From the UHGV virus genome UHGV-0149901: a stretch of 64,000 bases of DNA; one strand, written 5' to 3'. This stretch comes from a virus. The notes beneath the pieces are model-generated. The model searched no databases and was not told the DNA's origin. It was given only the letters and a program-made list of their open reading frames with translations. Shown here piece after piece: positions 30,376 to 41,420 of this stretch (position 1 is its first letter; every line of letters begins with the position of its first letter). The translations under genes were made by a program, and so were the position numbers.

Positions 30376-30603
30376 CGTCCGTTCTCCTTTTTCGTTTGGT
30401 TGTCATCATTGAGTGACTGCGATTATAGAGTGACTTGTAACATTTAGAAATCTTTACCGCTTCATAAAATAGGTATTCACTTACTTATATATTTTGTCAT
30501 AATCATGTGCCTGTAGATTTTCTTATGTGCCGTGTTGTCTGGGTTGTTCGCCTCTTAAGCACGCTTAAAATCTGTATCAAAATAACCACAAAGGAAAAGA
30601 CAC

Positions 30604-31689
30604 ATGACATTGCCATACGGGGTGATATCAGATCCCCATTATCATCGTTGGGATGCTTTTGCGACAACAAACGCTGACGGGCTGAACTCTCGACTGGAGA
30701 TCCAATTGGACGCCACGAAAGAAGCTGCCAAAGCCATGAAAGCTGCGGGCTGCAAACACATGCTGGTGGCTGGTGATACTTTCCATGTTCGTGGTGCTAT
30801 ATCGCCTTCCGTCCTGCATTTCGTGACCGAAACTTACGAGTGGATCATCAAAGAGTTGGGCCTCAAAGTGGTTATGCTGGCCGGCAACCACGACCTCGAA
30901 ACCAACGATTCCGTATACAGCGCCAATGCAGCGGCCTCTCTGCGCTCAATCGGTGTGGAAATCGTCTGCGGCAAACGTCCTCACTCCATCAAAATTGGCG
31001 ACGTTACCGTCCACCTGATTAGCTGGCGTAATAACCACGCAGAGCTTATCAGCGACCTTAAAACACTGCGTTACGGGCTGGATGGCGACAACCACGATGT
31101 CGTTGTGCATACCTCGATCAACAAAGCGATCCCCACCATGCCTGATGTCGGTATCGATGCACAGGAACTGAAAGATATCGGCTTCCGTTTGTTGCTGTCC
31201 GGACACTACCACAACCACAAAGAAGTGCTGCCTGGAGTGGTTAGCATCGGTGCACTGACCCATCAAAATTGGGGAGATGTTGGATCTCTGGCTGGTTACA
31301 TGATCGTAAACCCGGACGGCAGTTTCAGTCACTACGAAACCAGTGCGCCTAAATTCATTAACCTGGAAGATTATGTTGCCGATGACCAAATTCGCGGCAA
31401 CTACGTGCGTTTCCGCGCCGTAATTGAGAACGATGAAGAAGGCATTAAGTACCAGAACATCCTCAAAACAATGGGCGCAAAAGGTGTCGTGTGCAACTTC
31501 ATCCGTAAGTCATCAATGATGGAAGGGACAGCAAGCACAACTGAAACCAGCAAAATCGATAGCCTGGGAGAGTCGGTATCTGCTTATTGCAAGATTGTCC
31601 ACGATACTGACGGCGGATTTGATCTGAGCAAGTTGGATATTTTGTGTCAGGAAATCCTCACCGAAGCGGAGAGTTCGGAGGCTGTGTGA
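30604..31689 (+). CDS. sbcD: SbcD/Mre11-like metallophosphoesterase nuclease
   Basis: Calcineurin-like motifs DPHYH, GDTFH, GNHD, GHYH. Confidence 0.75.
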   Translation: MTLPYGVISDPHYHRWDAFATTNADGLNSRLEIQLDATKEAAKAMKAAGCKHMLVAGDTFHVRGAISPSVLHFVTETYEWIIKELGLKVVMLAGNHDLETNDSVYSANAAASLRSIGVEIVCGKRPHSIKIGDVTVHLISWRNNHAELISDLKTLRYGLDGDNHDVVVHTSINKAIPTMPDVGIDAQELKDIGFRLLLSGHYHNHKEVLPGVVSIGALTHQNWGDVGSLAGYMIVNPDGSFSHYETSAPKFINLEDYVADDQIRGNYVRFRAVIENDEEGIKYQNILKTMGAKGVVCNFIRKSSMMEGTASTTETSKIDSLGESVSAYCKIVHDTDGGFDLSKLDILCQEILTEAESSEAV

Positions 31690-31730
31690 GGCAAAGTCGT
31701 TATGGGAGCTTTCGAGACTTTGCCATCACG

Positions 31731-31922
31731 ATGAAAAGACTTGAACGAGGCCAGACGGTGATGTTTCACAAGCCCTACCCGCCACAAGGAAATCCCGTAG
31801 CGTTTTATCTTGGAAGGTTAACAAGAAAAGGCGTATTGAGGCGCAGATCCTTCCCGGCGCATACGGAGTTCAGATTGAAAGAAGGCCAAAAGCTAACACA
31901 CGGTATCAGAGGTGTTATATGA
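31731..31922 (+). CDS. Hypothetical small protein
   Basis: 63 aa from internal ATG; ATGA overlap with sbcC-like start. Confidence 0.3.
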   Translation: MKRLERGQTVMFHKPYPPQGNPVAFYLGRLTRKGVLRRRSFPAHTEFRLKEGQKLTHGIRGVI

Positions 31923-33835
31923 AGTTTTTAAAGCTCCAGGTTGAGAATTTTATGGCTATCGCCAGCGCGGAGGTCGAGTTAGATCAGCGTGGTTTAGTGC
32001 TCATTCAGGGTGTTAATAGTGATGATAGTTCCGCATCAAGTAATGGCTCTGGAAAGTCAACGCTAATGAATAGCCTGATGTGGTGTCTTTATGGCGAAAC
32101 AGCTCATGGTGTGAAGGGTGACGATGTGTTGTCTACCGACCATGAAAAGAACTGTCGTGTTGCAGTAACCATCGAGGATGAAGGCAAGAGATATGCGATC
32201 ATTCGTCACCGTAAACACAAAGAGTTCAAAAATCGGCTTATCGTTCGTGGTGAAGACGGCGATATGACGAAAGGCAAAGATGCGCTGACGCAAGAGTTCG
32301 TCGAGCGTCTGATCGGTGCATCTAAAGAGGTTTTCATGGCTTCTATCTATGCGAGCCAAGAAGCTATGCCAGATCTACCTGGAATGTCCGACAAAAACCT
32401 CAAAACCATCGTAGAAGAAGCCGCTGGCGTTGACAGACTGACACGCGCCTACGCTATTGCTCGTGAACGAGCTAACGCAGCTGCCGCACGTATGGACGTG
32501 GTTAAAACCAAATTGGAGTCGACAATCTCGACCATTGAGGCAACACAGTCAGAAATTGAGTCAGCGAAAGCCTCCTCTGAATCATGGGAGCAAGAGCGTT
32601 CTAAACGTTATGACGACGCCCTGGCTGGGCTGGCCAGTGCCGAAGTTGAGTTAACGGAAGTTGAACTTGAGATCCGCACTCTTCCCGAACAGATACGTGA
32701 TACCGAGAAGGCAATCGAAAGTGAGCGCAAAAAATTAGCCTCAAAAGAAGAACATGACGCCAAGTTGCTCAAAGTGCGTGGTGCGATAACTGATATTCGG
32801 GCAAGCATCAAAGCTACAGAAAATAGTCAGGCTGATGCAATGAGCCGCGCGCGCAATTTTAAGACCAAAGCAGAAGAGGTTGGTACTAAAGTAGGATCAC
32901 CATGCCCTACTTGTGGCAAAGCCTACTGCGAAGAAGATCTATCAACGGTGAAGGAGAATTTCATTGAACAAGCACGTCAGGAAATTGGTCAGGCGAAGAC
33001 ACTTGCAGAGGCAATGGCTAAACACAAAACGAATCTTGAGAAGGCGTTAAGCATTGAGTCTGCCCTTGTTAAAACGACACCTGATGTAACGGCTATCATT
33101 ACCCGGATTGAAGAACTTACTAAACAACTCTCATCTTTGCGTCATCGTGAGAAGGAGGTTGTTGCTATTGAGTCTCTTGTTACTCGTGCACGTACTGAGG
33201 TCGATCGTATATCAAAAGAGATTAATCCGTTTATTGCTCTTATCGCCAGACACGAAGATAACCTGGTATCCAGTAAGTCTACCTTCAAATCCTTAAAAGA
33301 TGAGTTGAAGGCTATTCAGGAACAAACGTTGCTATTGGAAAAAGCTCGTCAGGTCTACTCTCCTGCCGGGGTGCGTTCTCATATTTTGACGTCTGTTACG
33401 CCTTTCCTGAATACACGCACAGCCGAGTATCTCAATACGTTGTCTGACGGGAATATTACTGCTGAGTGGTCGACGATGGATGTCACTAAAAAAGGTGAGT
33501 ATCGCGACAAATTCAACATTAGTGTGCAGAAGAAAGGTTCAAGTAAGTCGTTCCAGACCCTCTCTGGTGGTGAGAAGCGGAAGGTTCGCATTGCGTGTTC
33601 TTTGGCATTGCAGGATCTGGTTAGTAACCGGGCGAGTAAAAACATCGATTTGTTTATCGGCGACGAAATTGACGATGCACTCGATACAGCCGGTCTTGAA
33701 CGCCTCATGGGTATTCTGGAGTCCAAAGCTCGCGAACGGGGCACTGTGCTGATTATCTCCCATAAAGAGATGAAGTCATGGTTCCGCGAAACTATTACGC
33801 TGGAAGTTAAAGAGGGGCGCAGCTATGTCGTTTAA
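31919..33835 (+). CDS. sbcC: SbcC/Rad50-like ATPase
   Basis: N-terminal Walker A SNGSGKST, long coiled-coil, C-terminal signature LSGGEKRK and Walker B LFIGDEID. Confidence 0.75.
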   Translation: MKFLKLQVENFMAIASAEVELDQRGLVLIQGVNSDDSSASSNGSGKSTLMNSLMWCLYGETAHGVKGDDVLSTDHEKNCRVAVTIEDEGKRYAIIRHRKHKEFKNRLIVRGEDGDMTKGKDALTQEFVERLIGASKEVFMASIYASQEAMPDLPGMSDKNLKTIVEEAAGVDRLTRAYAIARERANAAAARMDVVKTKLESTISTIEATQSEIESAKASSESWEQERSKRYDDALAGLASAEVELTEVELEIRTLPEQIRDTEKAIESERKKLASKEEHDAKLLKVRGAITDIRASIKATENSQADAMSRARNFKTKAEEVGTKVGSPCPTCGKAYCEEDLSTVKENFIEQARQEIGQAKTLAEAMAKHKTNLEKALSIESALVKTTPDVTAIITRIEELTKQLSSLRHREKEVVAIESLVTRARTEVDRISKEINPFIALIARHEDNLVSSKSTFKSLKDELKAIQEQTLLLEKARQVYSPAGVRSHILTSVTPFLNTRTAEYLNTLSDGNITAEWSTMDVTKKGEYRDKFNISVQKKGSSKSFQTLSGGEKRKVRIACSLALQDLVSNRASKNIDLFIGDEIDDALDTAGLERLMGILESKARERGTVLIISHKEMKSWFRETITLEVKEGRSYVV

Positions 33836-34568
33836 ATTAAGCCGCTCGCAGTTTTTGCAGGTGTTTGCAGTGATGCAGTCGATAAAACTGATCAATGGGC
33901 ATACTTCCAATAGTGCGGCTCCACGTATTCTGTGGGGCAGCAATAATATTGACAAAGCACAATTCGCCCCGTTGCTTGGTCTAATATCCGAGACACCATT
34001 GATGCAAAGTTTGGAATCACTGCCGTCTGGATGTATTGCGCCGATCTTGATTAATCCTTTTGTTGAGGGGGGATATCTTCCCAACGTCGGACCTGGGTTT
34101 ATCGCAACCCATGAAACTGAAGATCTTAACATTAATAGCGAAGGGTTCTTTGGGGCAATGGATGCGCATCTCTGTATGGCTTTCACGAACCTTATTCGAC
34201 TTGCCAATAAGCGGGCGGATAGTTTGGCATCGCCAGGTGATGCTTTTACTGGTTTCCTTATCCAAAGGAGGGATAAAAAGTACAGTGCGGACAAACTACA
34301 GTTTGTTGGTAAGTATGGAGAAATGGTAGAAATCGAACTTCAGCTCCCTCATGTTTTAGCAAACGATAGTGCAGACAGTCGGAGGCTGTTGGGCATCATG
34401 CGTCATTTCATAGCAAGTGGCGTTAAAGATGCCGCAGATAAACTTGTCACGCAGGAAAATGAGTATTCAGACTTTGCAAACTATCCCCAACCAACGTTGC
34501 AAACGGCAATAGTAGCCAATTCGTTGGAGGCGAGATTATTGGAAAACCCTATATGGGGAACATGGTAA
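33825..34568 (+). CDS. Hypothetical protein
   Basis: 247 aa ORF overlapping sbcC-like stop. Confidence 0.5.
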   Translation: MSFKLSRSQFLQVFAVMQSIKLINGHTSNSAAPRILWGSNNIDKAQFAPLLGLISETPLMQSLESLPSGCIAPILINPFVEGGYLPNVGPGFIATHETEDLNINSEGFFGAMDAHLCMAFTNLIRLANKRADSLASPGDAFTGFLIQRRDKKYSADKLQFVGKYGEMVEIELQLPHVLANDSADSRRLLGIMRHFIASGVKDAADKLVTQENEYSDFANYPQPTLQTAIVANSLEARLLENPIWGTW

Positions 34569-34577
34569 GGAGACTAT

Positions 34578-35147
34578 ATGAGTAAAAAAATCAGCGTAGT
34601 TGGTGTTGATCCCTCAATGAGCAACTTTGGGCTTGCTGTGGGCACTTTAGACCTTGAAACGGACGAACTTGAGATTCACGGCCTTACTCTTGTTGAGACT
34701 AAAGCGGGGAGTAACAAAAAGACCGTTCGTGTGAACAGTGACGATCTGCGCCGTGCCAGTGAAATATGGCGTGTTGCGAAGCCAATCATTGATAAGGCAA
34801 ATATGGTTTTTTGTGAGCTACCGGTTGGGAGCCAAAACTCTCGTTCGCAGACGTCTTACGGTATTTGTATCGGTGTACTTGCGTGTGTGGATAAGCCATT
34901 GATCCAAGTTACTCCAAACGAAATCAAGCATTTTGTTGGCAATAAACTTACTACATCGAAAGAAGAGATTATCCAGTGGGCTACGAAAAAACACCCTAAA
35001 GCACCGTGGCTGCGTCGTAAGCAATCTGGACAGGATGTTCTCGTGAACAAAAACGAACATTTGGCTGATGCGGTGGCTGCCATCCATACCGGTATGCAAA
35101 CAGATCAGTTCCGCCAGGTGCGCGATGTTCTCAAGTCTCTCATTTGA
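34578..35147 (+). CDS. RuvC-like Holliday junction resolvase (putative)
   Basis: N-terminal VVGVDPSMSNFGLAV and C-terminal EHLADAVAAIHTG resemble RuvC acidic catalytic blocks. Confidence 0.55.
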   Translation: MSKKISVVGVDPSMSNFGLAVGTLDLETDELEIHGLTLVETKAGSNKKTVRVNSDDLRRASEIWRVAKPIIDKANMVFCELPVGSQNSRSQTSYGICIGVLACVDKPLIQVTPNEIKHFVGNKLTTSKEEIIQWATKKHPKAPWLRRKQSGQDVLVNKNEHLADAVAAIHTGMQTDQFRQVRDVLKSLI

Positions 35148-35180
35148 TCTCATTGATAGGTAAGTGCTTATCTATTAACA

Positions 35181-35211
35181 TGGGCCACTATATTTAGTGG
35201 CCCTCTTTATT
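35181..35211 (+). terminator. Rho-independent terminator
   Basis: Hairpin GGGCCACTATATTTAGTGGCCC plus T-rich tract. Confidence 0.65.
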
Positions 35212-35220
35212 TGGTGATAC

Positions 35221-37536
35221 ATGATAAGCATCGTAAAACGTAACGGCCAAACAGAGCCGTTATCCGAAGAAAAATACAACCGCGTCGTAATGTATGGCGT
35301 AGAAGGCATTCGTGGTGTAAGCGCATCCGCTGTAGCAATGGGAGCTGCGGCCAGCATTTTTGATGGGATTACCACCAGCCAGTTGCATGAGGCTTTGGTT
35401 AAATCTGCCGCTGATTTGATCTCACCAGATGCACCAAATTACTCGCAGGTGGCTGCCCGCCTGAACATTTTTAAAATCCGCAAAGATGCCTTCGGTCGTT
35501 ACGACTATCCGAACTTCTACCAACACATTGTCAAGAACGTTAACAAGGGCGTTTATGACAAGGATTTGCTGACACATTATTCATTTGAAGAGATCGAAGA
35601 ACTCGGCAATTACATTAAACCTAAACGTGACGATCTTTTTGGCTATGCGGCTACGGTGCAATTGCAAAGCAAATACCTCGTTCAAAACCGTGTTACTGGT
35701 GAGATCCATGAGGGGCCGCAACATATCTATATGCTGGTAGGCATGTGTCTGTTCCAGAATTGGGAAGACGACTGCGCTGGCAAAACACGTATGGAGATGG
35801 TCAAAGGTTTCTATGACGTTACAAGTACGTTCAAACTGTCTCTGCCCACACCAATCATGGCCGGCGTCCGTACTCCAACCCGTCAGTTCTCCAGTTGTGT
35901 GCTGATTGAGTCTGGCGATAGTCTGAAAGGGATTAGCGCAGCTTCAGCCGCAATTATCGACTACGTTTCACGTCGTGCTGGAATTGGTATTGGTTTTGGC
36001 CGTATCCGTGCGCTGGGCAGTGAGATCCGCAATGGTGAAGCCACCCATACCGGAGTTATTCCATTCCTGAAGCATTTCCAGACGGCTGTTAAATCTTGCT
36101 CGCAAGGTGGTGTCCGTGGTGGCGCAGCAACAGCGTTTTACCCGATCTGGCATCTTGAAGTTGAAAGTCTGCTGGTGGTGAAAAATAACCGTGGTATTGA
36201 TGAAAACCGCGTTCGCCATCTTGATTACGGCGTCATGAGTAACCGTCTAATGTACCGTCGACTCGTCAGAAGCGAGAACATCACTCTGTTCAGCCCGCAT
36301 GATGTGCCTGATATGTACGAAGCCTTCTTCACAGACCAGGATCTGTTTGAAAAGCTGTACCATAAATACGAAGCCGATGATTCAATTCGCAAGAAGTCAG
36401 TGCCTGCCATTGAGCTGTTCTCATCTCTGATGCAGGAACGAGCGTCCACGGGGCGAATTTATATTGCGAACGTCGATCATATTAACGAGCATGGCGCTTT
36501 CATTCCTGCTCTTGCACCTGTCCGCCAGTCAAACCTGTGTATGGAGATCACCCTACCCACCCGTCCACTGACATTTACCGACGACCCGAACGGTGAGATC
36601 GCGCTTTGCACTTTATCCGCTTTTAACCTCGGAGCCATCCGTTCACTGGAGTCTCTTAAAGAGGTGGCGTTCTATGCCGTCGCTGCACTGGATTCGTTAC
36701 TGGATTATCAAGACTATCCGATGGAGGCTGCCGAAGTGCCTGCCAAAGCTCGTCGTAGCCTGGGAATCGGTGTAACCAACTTTGCTTATTACCTGGCAAA
36801 GAATGGCGTTCGTTATTCTGATACCGCTGGCAATAAACTGGTGCATGAAACGTTCGAAGCTATCCAGTATTACCTTCTCGATGCCAGCTGCCAACTTGCT
36901 GAAGCTAAAGGTGAGTGTGACTGGTTTGAGCAGACCAAATACGCAATTGGTCAGTTGCCGATCGACCATTACCGTTCTTCATTAGACGAAAGTGGCGAAA
37001 CCAACTTTGAGTTAAAGATGCCGTGGGAAGAACTGCGTGAACGTATTGCAAAATACGGTCTTCGCAACTCCACACTGACGGCACAAATGCCATGCGAGAC
37101 TTCCAGCCAGATCACTAACTCCACCAACGGCATCGAACCGCCTCGTGGACCGGTGTCTGTGAAATCTTCTAAGGACGGCATCGTTAAGATGGTCGTGCCT
37201 GAGTTTGAAAAACTGAAGGAACAGTATGAATACCTGTGGGATATGCCGGACAACCGCGGCTATCTGACAAAGGTGGCGATCATCCAGAAGTTCTTTGACC
37301 AGGCTATTTCAGCCAATACCAACTATGACCCTTCTCGCTTTGAAGGCGATAAAGTCCCAATGATGACGCTACTGTCAGATTTGCTTCTCGCCTACAAGAT
37401 GGGAGTTAAAACGCTTTACTACCACAACACCAGAGATGGGGCAGGAAAGCGTGATGACGACGAACCGCAGAATCCACTGACGCAAGCTGTAGCCGTCGAG
37501 CCAGAAGATGAGTGCGACGGAGCCTGCAAAATCTGA
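35221..37536 (+). CDS. nrdA: Ribonucleoside-diphosphate reductase alpha subunit (class Ia)
   Basis: 771 aa; ATP-cone N-terminus; blocks VQNRVTGEI, SCVLIE, NLCMEI, C-terminal CxxxC tail; collinear with E. coli NrdA. Confidence 0.9.
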   Translation: MISIVKRNGQTEPLSEEKYNRVVMYGVEGIRGVSASAVAMGAAASIFDGITTSQLHEALVKSAADLISPDAPNYSQVAARLNIFKIRKDAFGRYDYPNFYQHIVKNVNKGVYDKDLLTHYSFEEIEELGNYIKPKRDDLFGYAATVQLQSKYLVQNRVTGEIHEGPQHIYMLVGMCLFQNWEDDCAGKTRMEMVKGFYDVTSTFKLSLPTPIMAGVRTPTRQFSSCVLIESGDSLKGISAASAAIIDYVSRRAGIGIGFGRIRALGSEIRNGEATHTGVIPFLKHFQTAVKSCSQGGVRGGAATAFYPIWHLEVESLLVVKNNRGIDENRVRHLDYGVMSNRLMYRRLVRSENITLFSPHDVPDMYEAFFTDQDLFEKLYHKYEADDSIRKKSVPAIELFSSLMQERASTGRIYIANVDHINEHGAFIPALAPVRQSNLCMEITLPTRPLTFTDDPNGEIALCTLSAFNLGAIRSLESLKEVAFYAVAALDSLLDYQDYPMEAAEVPAKARRSLGIGVTNFAYYLAKNGVRYSDTAGNKLVHETFEAIQYYLLDASCQLAEAKGECDWFEQTKYAIGQLPIDHYRSSLDESGETNFELKMPWEELRERIAKYGLRNSTLTAQMPCETSSQITNSTNGIEPPRGPVSVKSSKDGIVKMVVPEFEKLKEQYEYLWDMPDNRGYLTKVAIIQKFFDQAISANTNYDPSRFEGDKVPMMTLLSDLLLAYKMGVKTLYYHNTRDGAGKRDDDEPQNPLTQAVAVEPEDECDGACKI

Positions 37537-37641
37537 CATATGGTGGGGTGTATCCCCACCTTCTCTTTGATTTGTAAGCCTTGTTTAAACAAATAAGATA
37601 ACAACTTGTTTAAACACATCAAAAAGCAAAAGGAAAAACAC

Positions 37642-38784
37642 ATGTCATATTCAACGTTCCGTTTGGGTGCTAATGATGCAACCAAAGAGCCTATGTTCCT
37701 CGGACAATCTGTCAACGTGGCACGTTACGATCAGCAAAAATACCGTGATTTTGAAAAGTTGATTGAACGTCAATTGTCTTTCTTCTGGCGGCCGGAAGAA
37801 GTTGATATTTCGAGCGATCGTATCGACTTCAACACGAAGCTGCGGGACCACGAACGTCACATTTTTCTGAGCAATCTCCGTTATCAAACGTTACTCGATT
37901 CAGTTCAGGGACGTAGCCCAAATGCAACGCTGCTGCCGCTTATCTCTATTCCTGAACTGGAAACGTGGGTTGAAACATGGTCTTTCTCTGAGACTATCCA
38001 TAGCCGTAGCTACACCCACATTATTCGTGGCATGGTGGACGATCCGAGTATTGTTTTTGACGGTATTGTTACGGATGAAGAAATCATCAACCGAGCGATC
38101 AGTATCTCTGCTGAATATGACAGGCTTTATGGGATGACATGCGAGCGCCAGTCGTTAGGTGAGAAGGAGTTTGAACGTCTGTACGTAAATGAATATGGCT
38201 GGGAGCCATACCCTTTGCATCGTCAGCTTTTCCGCACGTTGGTGTCCATTAATGCGCTTGAGGCGATCCGTTTCTATGTAAGTTTTGCATGTACGTTTGC
38301 CTTTGGCGAACGGAAGTTGCTTGAGGGTAACACCAAAATTATGCGCTTTATTGCCCGTGATGAAGCTCTGCATTGCGAAGGAACTGAACGCATGATCCGC
38401 TTCATGCGTACCGGTCGCGAAGGTTTATTGTGGAAAGAGATTGCTGCTGATGAAGAAAACGTCATTTACGACACCATGAAATCAGTCGCCGAACAAGAAA
38501 TGAACTGGGCAGACTATCTCTTCAAAGACGGTTCGATGATTGGTTTAAACGCGGATATTCTGAAGACCTATGTAAAATACCGCACCAATCTGGCTATGAA
38601 TCGTCTTGGCCTGAAGGCTTTATTTCCAGAAGTTACCACAGATCCGCTGGTCTGGATGAACAAGTGGTTGTTAACCGACACACTGCAAATTGCACCACAA
38701 GAGGCAGAGCAAAGCACATATCTGGTAGGTCAGATCGATTCTACCGTGGATAAGGCTTCTCTAAGCCAGTTTGCAGACCTGTAA
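37642..38784 (+). CDS. nrdB: Ribonucleoside-diphosphate reductase beta subunit
   Basis: Start moved to MSYSTF after conserved AGGAAAAACACATG; di-iron/tyrosyl radical family blocks. Confidence 0.85.
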   Translation: MSYSTFRLGANDATKEPMFLGQSVNVARYDQQKYRDFEKLIERQLSFFWRPEEVDISSDRIDFNTKLRDHERHIFLSNLRYQTLLDSVQGRSPNATLLPLISIPELETWVETWSFSETIHSRSYTHIIRGMVDDPSIVFDGIVTDEEIINRAISISAEYDRLYGMTCERQSLGEKEFERLYVNEYGWEPYPLHRQLFRTLVSINALEAIRFYVSFACTFAFGERKLLEGNTKIMRFIARDEALHCEGTERMIRFMRTGREGLLWKEIAADEENVIYDTMKSVAEQEMNWADYLFKDGSMIGLNADILKTYVKYRTNLAMNRLGLKALFPEVTTDPLVWMNKWLLTDTLQIAPQEAEQSTYLVGQIDSTVDKASLSQFADL

Positions 38785-38861
38785 ACCGATACAAAGCATT
38801 ATGTGGCCTGGCAACGCTGGGCCACAATGGATCACAAGAATTAAGAAGGAACAAAACTAGC

Positions 38862-39731
38862 ATGAACTTTACCAAACTGACTGACCACCTGAAACTTGCC
38901 ACCGATCGTCTCATTGGATTTAAGCCAGAACCATATGAGTTGCATGAAGGTCATGGTGTAGCTACTGAAAGTATTTACAAGATGGTCGATCAGTTTCATG
39001 AACTCTTCCAGCATCCGAGACGCGTTATGCCGACACCAGAGCTGCTTCGTCTCCGTGCAAGCCTGATTCATGAAGAAGCTGTAGTGGAAGGTATTCCAGC
39101 CGCAATGAATGGGGATATTGAGCAACTGCTGGATGCAATGGCCGACTTTTTATACGTTGGTGTTGGTACGATGGTCGCCATCAAAGGTGGTATTTCTACC
39201 GGCATGACCTATTACACGCAGGAACAGAGCATTGATCGCTTTATGCAGACAATTTTTGTGCCCGGTAACACTGTTTTCGATGATATGGCAATGCCATTTC
39301 AGGAAGCTCGTGAGGCGTCATATATGCTCGAAGAGCTGGCAGATAAACTTGAGAACAAGACTGTTAAGGATTCTGAGCTGATTCAGGAACTGCGCCGTGT
39401 CATGAACAAAATCTATGTGGCGTGCATGATGACCTATCGACTGGCTGATTTCCTCGGTATCAATGTAGTCGAGCTGGTTGGCGAAATTCATCGGTCTAAC
39501 ATGACAAAATTATGGCCTGCTGATGTCGAGGAACGTCGCCAGGCTGTGGCCAACTGCAAATACGACTCTTCAGACCTGGGATTTCGCCATGCTGATGGTA
39601 CCGATAAGATGATCGGTTTTCGAATTTCCGATGGAAAGATTCTGAAGTCTCCAACCTATAGTGATGTCGATTTATCCTCCTTTGTTGAGCAAGCTAAAGC
39701 CTCAGCAATGTACGGAATGATCAAAAAATAA
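38862..39731 (+). CDS. Hypothetical protein with MazG/HisE-like N-terminal region (putative NTP pyrophosphohydrolase)
   Basis: Helical acidic pattern IHEEAVVE ... DIEQLLDAMADFLYV; 289 aa. Confidence 0.45.
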   Translation: MNFTKLTDHLKLATDRLIGFKPEPYELHEGHGVATESIYKMVDQFHELFQHPRRVMPTPELLRLRASLIHEEAVVEGIPAAMNGDIEQLLDAMADFLYVGVGTMVAIKGGISTGMTYYTQEQSIDRFMQTIFVPGNTVFDDMAMPFQEAREASYMLEELADKLENKTVKDSELIQELRRVMNKIYVACMMTYRLADFLGINVVELVGEIHRSNMTKLWPADVEERRQAVANCKYDSSDLGFRHADGTDKMIGFRISDGKILKSPTYSDVDLSSFVEQAKASAMYGMIKK

Positions 39732-39901
39732 TTGTAGGTAGTTATCTATCTATGTATATTGTGTTAGCGCGTTAAATTCCTGAAACAACTATTCGTTTTG
39801 GTGGCCTATGGCCACCATTTTTTTATCTATCTGGCCTTGTTCCCTCAATAAATGTAAACTCACGTAATGAATAAGTGATTACTTATCTTTGTGAGGTTTT
39901 T

Positions 39902-41005
39902 GTGTCACTCCTTTTGAATCGTGAGCATACGAACGGTCAGGTAACAAACGCATCGTATGCAAAAGTTATTGAGACGGTGCTTAAAAGCGGCGTGCAGGCT
40001 GATGATCGCACAGGCACTGGTACTTTAAGCACCTGCTACGTTCCCTCTTACTACATGCTTACTGGTGGGACTGTGCCGCTTATTTCTGGAAAGGCGGTAA
40101 ATCTTAAGCCACTGCTTGTCGAACTTGAGTGGTATCTGAAAGGCACGGGCAACATCCAATTTCTCAAGGATAACGGCGTTAAGATTTGGGATGCATGGGC
40201 CGATGAGAATGGCGATTTGGGGCCAGTTTACGGTAAGCAGTGGCGTCGATGGGAAGATACCCGCATCGTGAGCCATAGTGAATATCTGAGCAAGATCGCT
40301 ACTTTCCGTGAACGCGGGTACAAAGTCGAGGGATACCTAGGTATCAGTGAAGATCGCGTAGTGCTGTCCCGTGAAATCGATCAGCTACAGCGTATTGTCG
40401 ATACACTGCGCACGAACCCTACCGATCGTCGCATCATGCTTAACGCATGGAACGTAGGCGAGCTTGAGGATATGAAACTGCCACCTTGCCACTTTGTCTT
40501 CTCTTTGTGGAGTCGTGAGCTTGATTTTGAAACCCGTTTAACGATGGCAACTGACATTGGTCTTCAACACAGTCGCCTCGGTTACGAGTCTATCTACACC
40601 AAGATGCTATACGATCTGGAGATGGACGGCAGTGTTACTGAAGCTGAACTGGATGAACTTGGAATCCCCAAACGCATCCTCAACTCCTGCCTCGTACAGC
40701 GTAGCGTAGACACTTTTGTTGGTATGCCATTCAATATTGCTGGCTATGGCATTCTCACTCATTTTCTCGCGAAGATTACGGGTCACATGGCCGGTGCATT
40801 TGTGCATTTTGGCTTTGACGTGCATTTGTACAACAACCACATGGAAGGTGTGTGTGAGCTAATGAAACGACAGGCTCCAGAGCATTCAGATCCGGTCGTT
40901 ATTTTCCCTCATGAATGGTCAGAGTTGGATGATTTCAAATGGGACGAGGTTTTAATTCTTGGCTATGACCCTCTATCGTGGATCAAGGTTCCAGTGGCGG
41001 TGTGA
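39902..41005 (+). CDS. thyA: Thymidylate synthase (start uncertain, GTG chosen; extended form)
   Basis: DRTGTGT and catalytic LPPCH motifs; about 100 aa longer than E. coli ThyA. Confidence 0.8.
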   Translation: MSLLLNREHTNGQVTNASYAKVIETVLKSGVQADDRTGTGTLSTCYVPSYYMLTGGTVPLISGKAVNLKPLLVELEWYLKGTGNIQFLKDNGVKIWDAWADENGDLGPVYGKQWRRWEDTRIVSHSEYLSKIATFRERGYKVEGYLGISEDRVVLSREIDQLQRIVDTLRTNPTDRRIMLNAWNVGELEDMKLPPCHFVFSLWSRELDFETRLTMATDIGLQHSRLGYESIYTKMLYDLEMDGSVTEAELDELGIPKRILNSCLVQRSVDTFVGMPFNIAGYGILTHFLAKITGHMAGAFVHFGFDVHLYNNHMEGVCELMKRQAPEHSDPVVIFPHEWSELDDFKWDEVLILGYDPLSWIKVPVAV

Positions 41006-41006
41006 T

Positions 41007-41420
41007 ATGGCAAGAGGTATGTATGTCTTATGCGAAATTGAAGGTGTGCTGGCAAATGCCAGCCATCGTAAATCAGTATCTGACGCGGATGCAGGCCAGC
41101 TCATTGCCGGTGATGAACTCATTTTCCCCACCAGCCGTATGTTGCGTGGTTTTGCTCGCTCAGGGGCTGAAGTGGTGCTTATCAGTAGCCGCTCTGAAAC
41201 TCTTGAAGCGCCAACTAAACGATGGCTGAAAGATTTTGGCGTTGATTATGACTGGCTTCATCTCGTACCGAATGGCACCAGTTATGAGAAGCATATTAAG
41301 CGCACATTAGCGGAGCATAAAGGCGATCTGCTTATCGCTGCGCTGGTGCACGATCCTCGACTCCGTGCCGCTTTAGCCGACTCTCACCATCGACCGGTCA
41401 TCTATGAGGTGAGCAAATGA
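41007..41420 (+). CDS. Hypothetical protein
   Basis: ORF immediately after thyA stop; AAGAGG RBS; 137 aa. Confidence 0.45.
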   Translation: MARGMYVLCEIEGVLANASHRKSVSDADAGQLIAGDELIFPTSRMLRGFARSGAEVVLISSRSETLEAPTKRWLKDFGVDYDWLHLVPNGTSYEKHIKRTLAEHKGDLLIAALVHDPRLRAALADSHHRPVIYEVSK

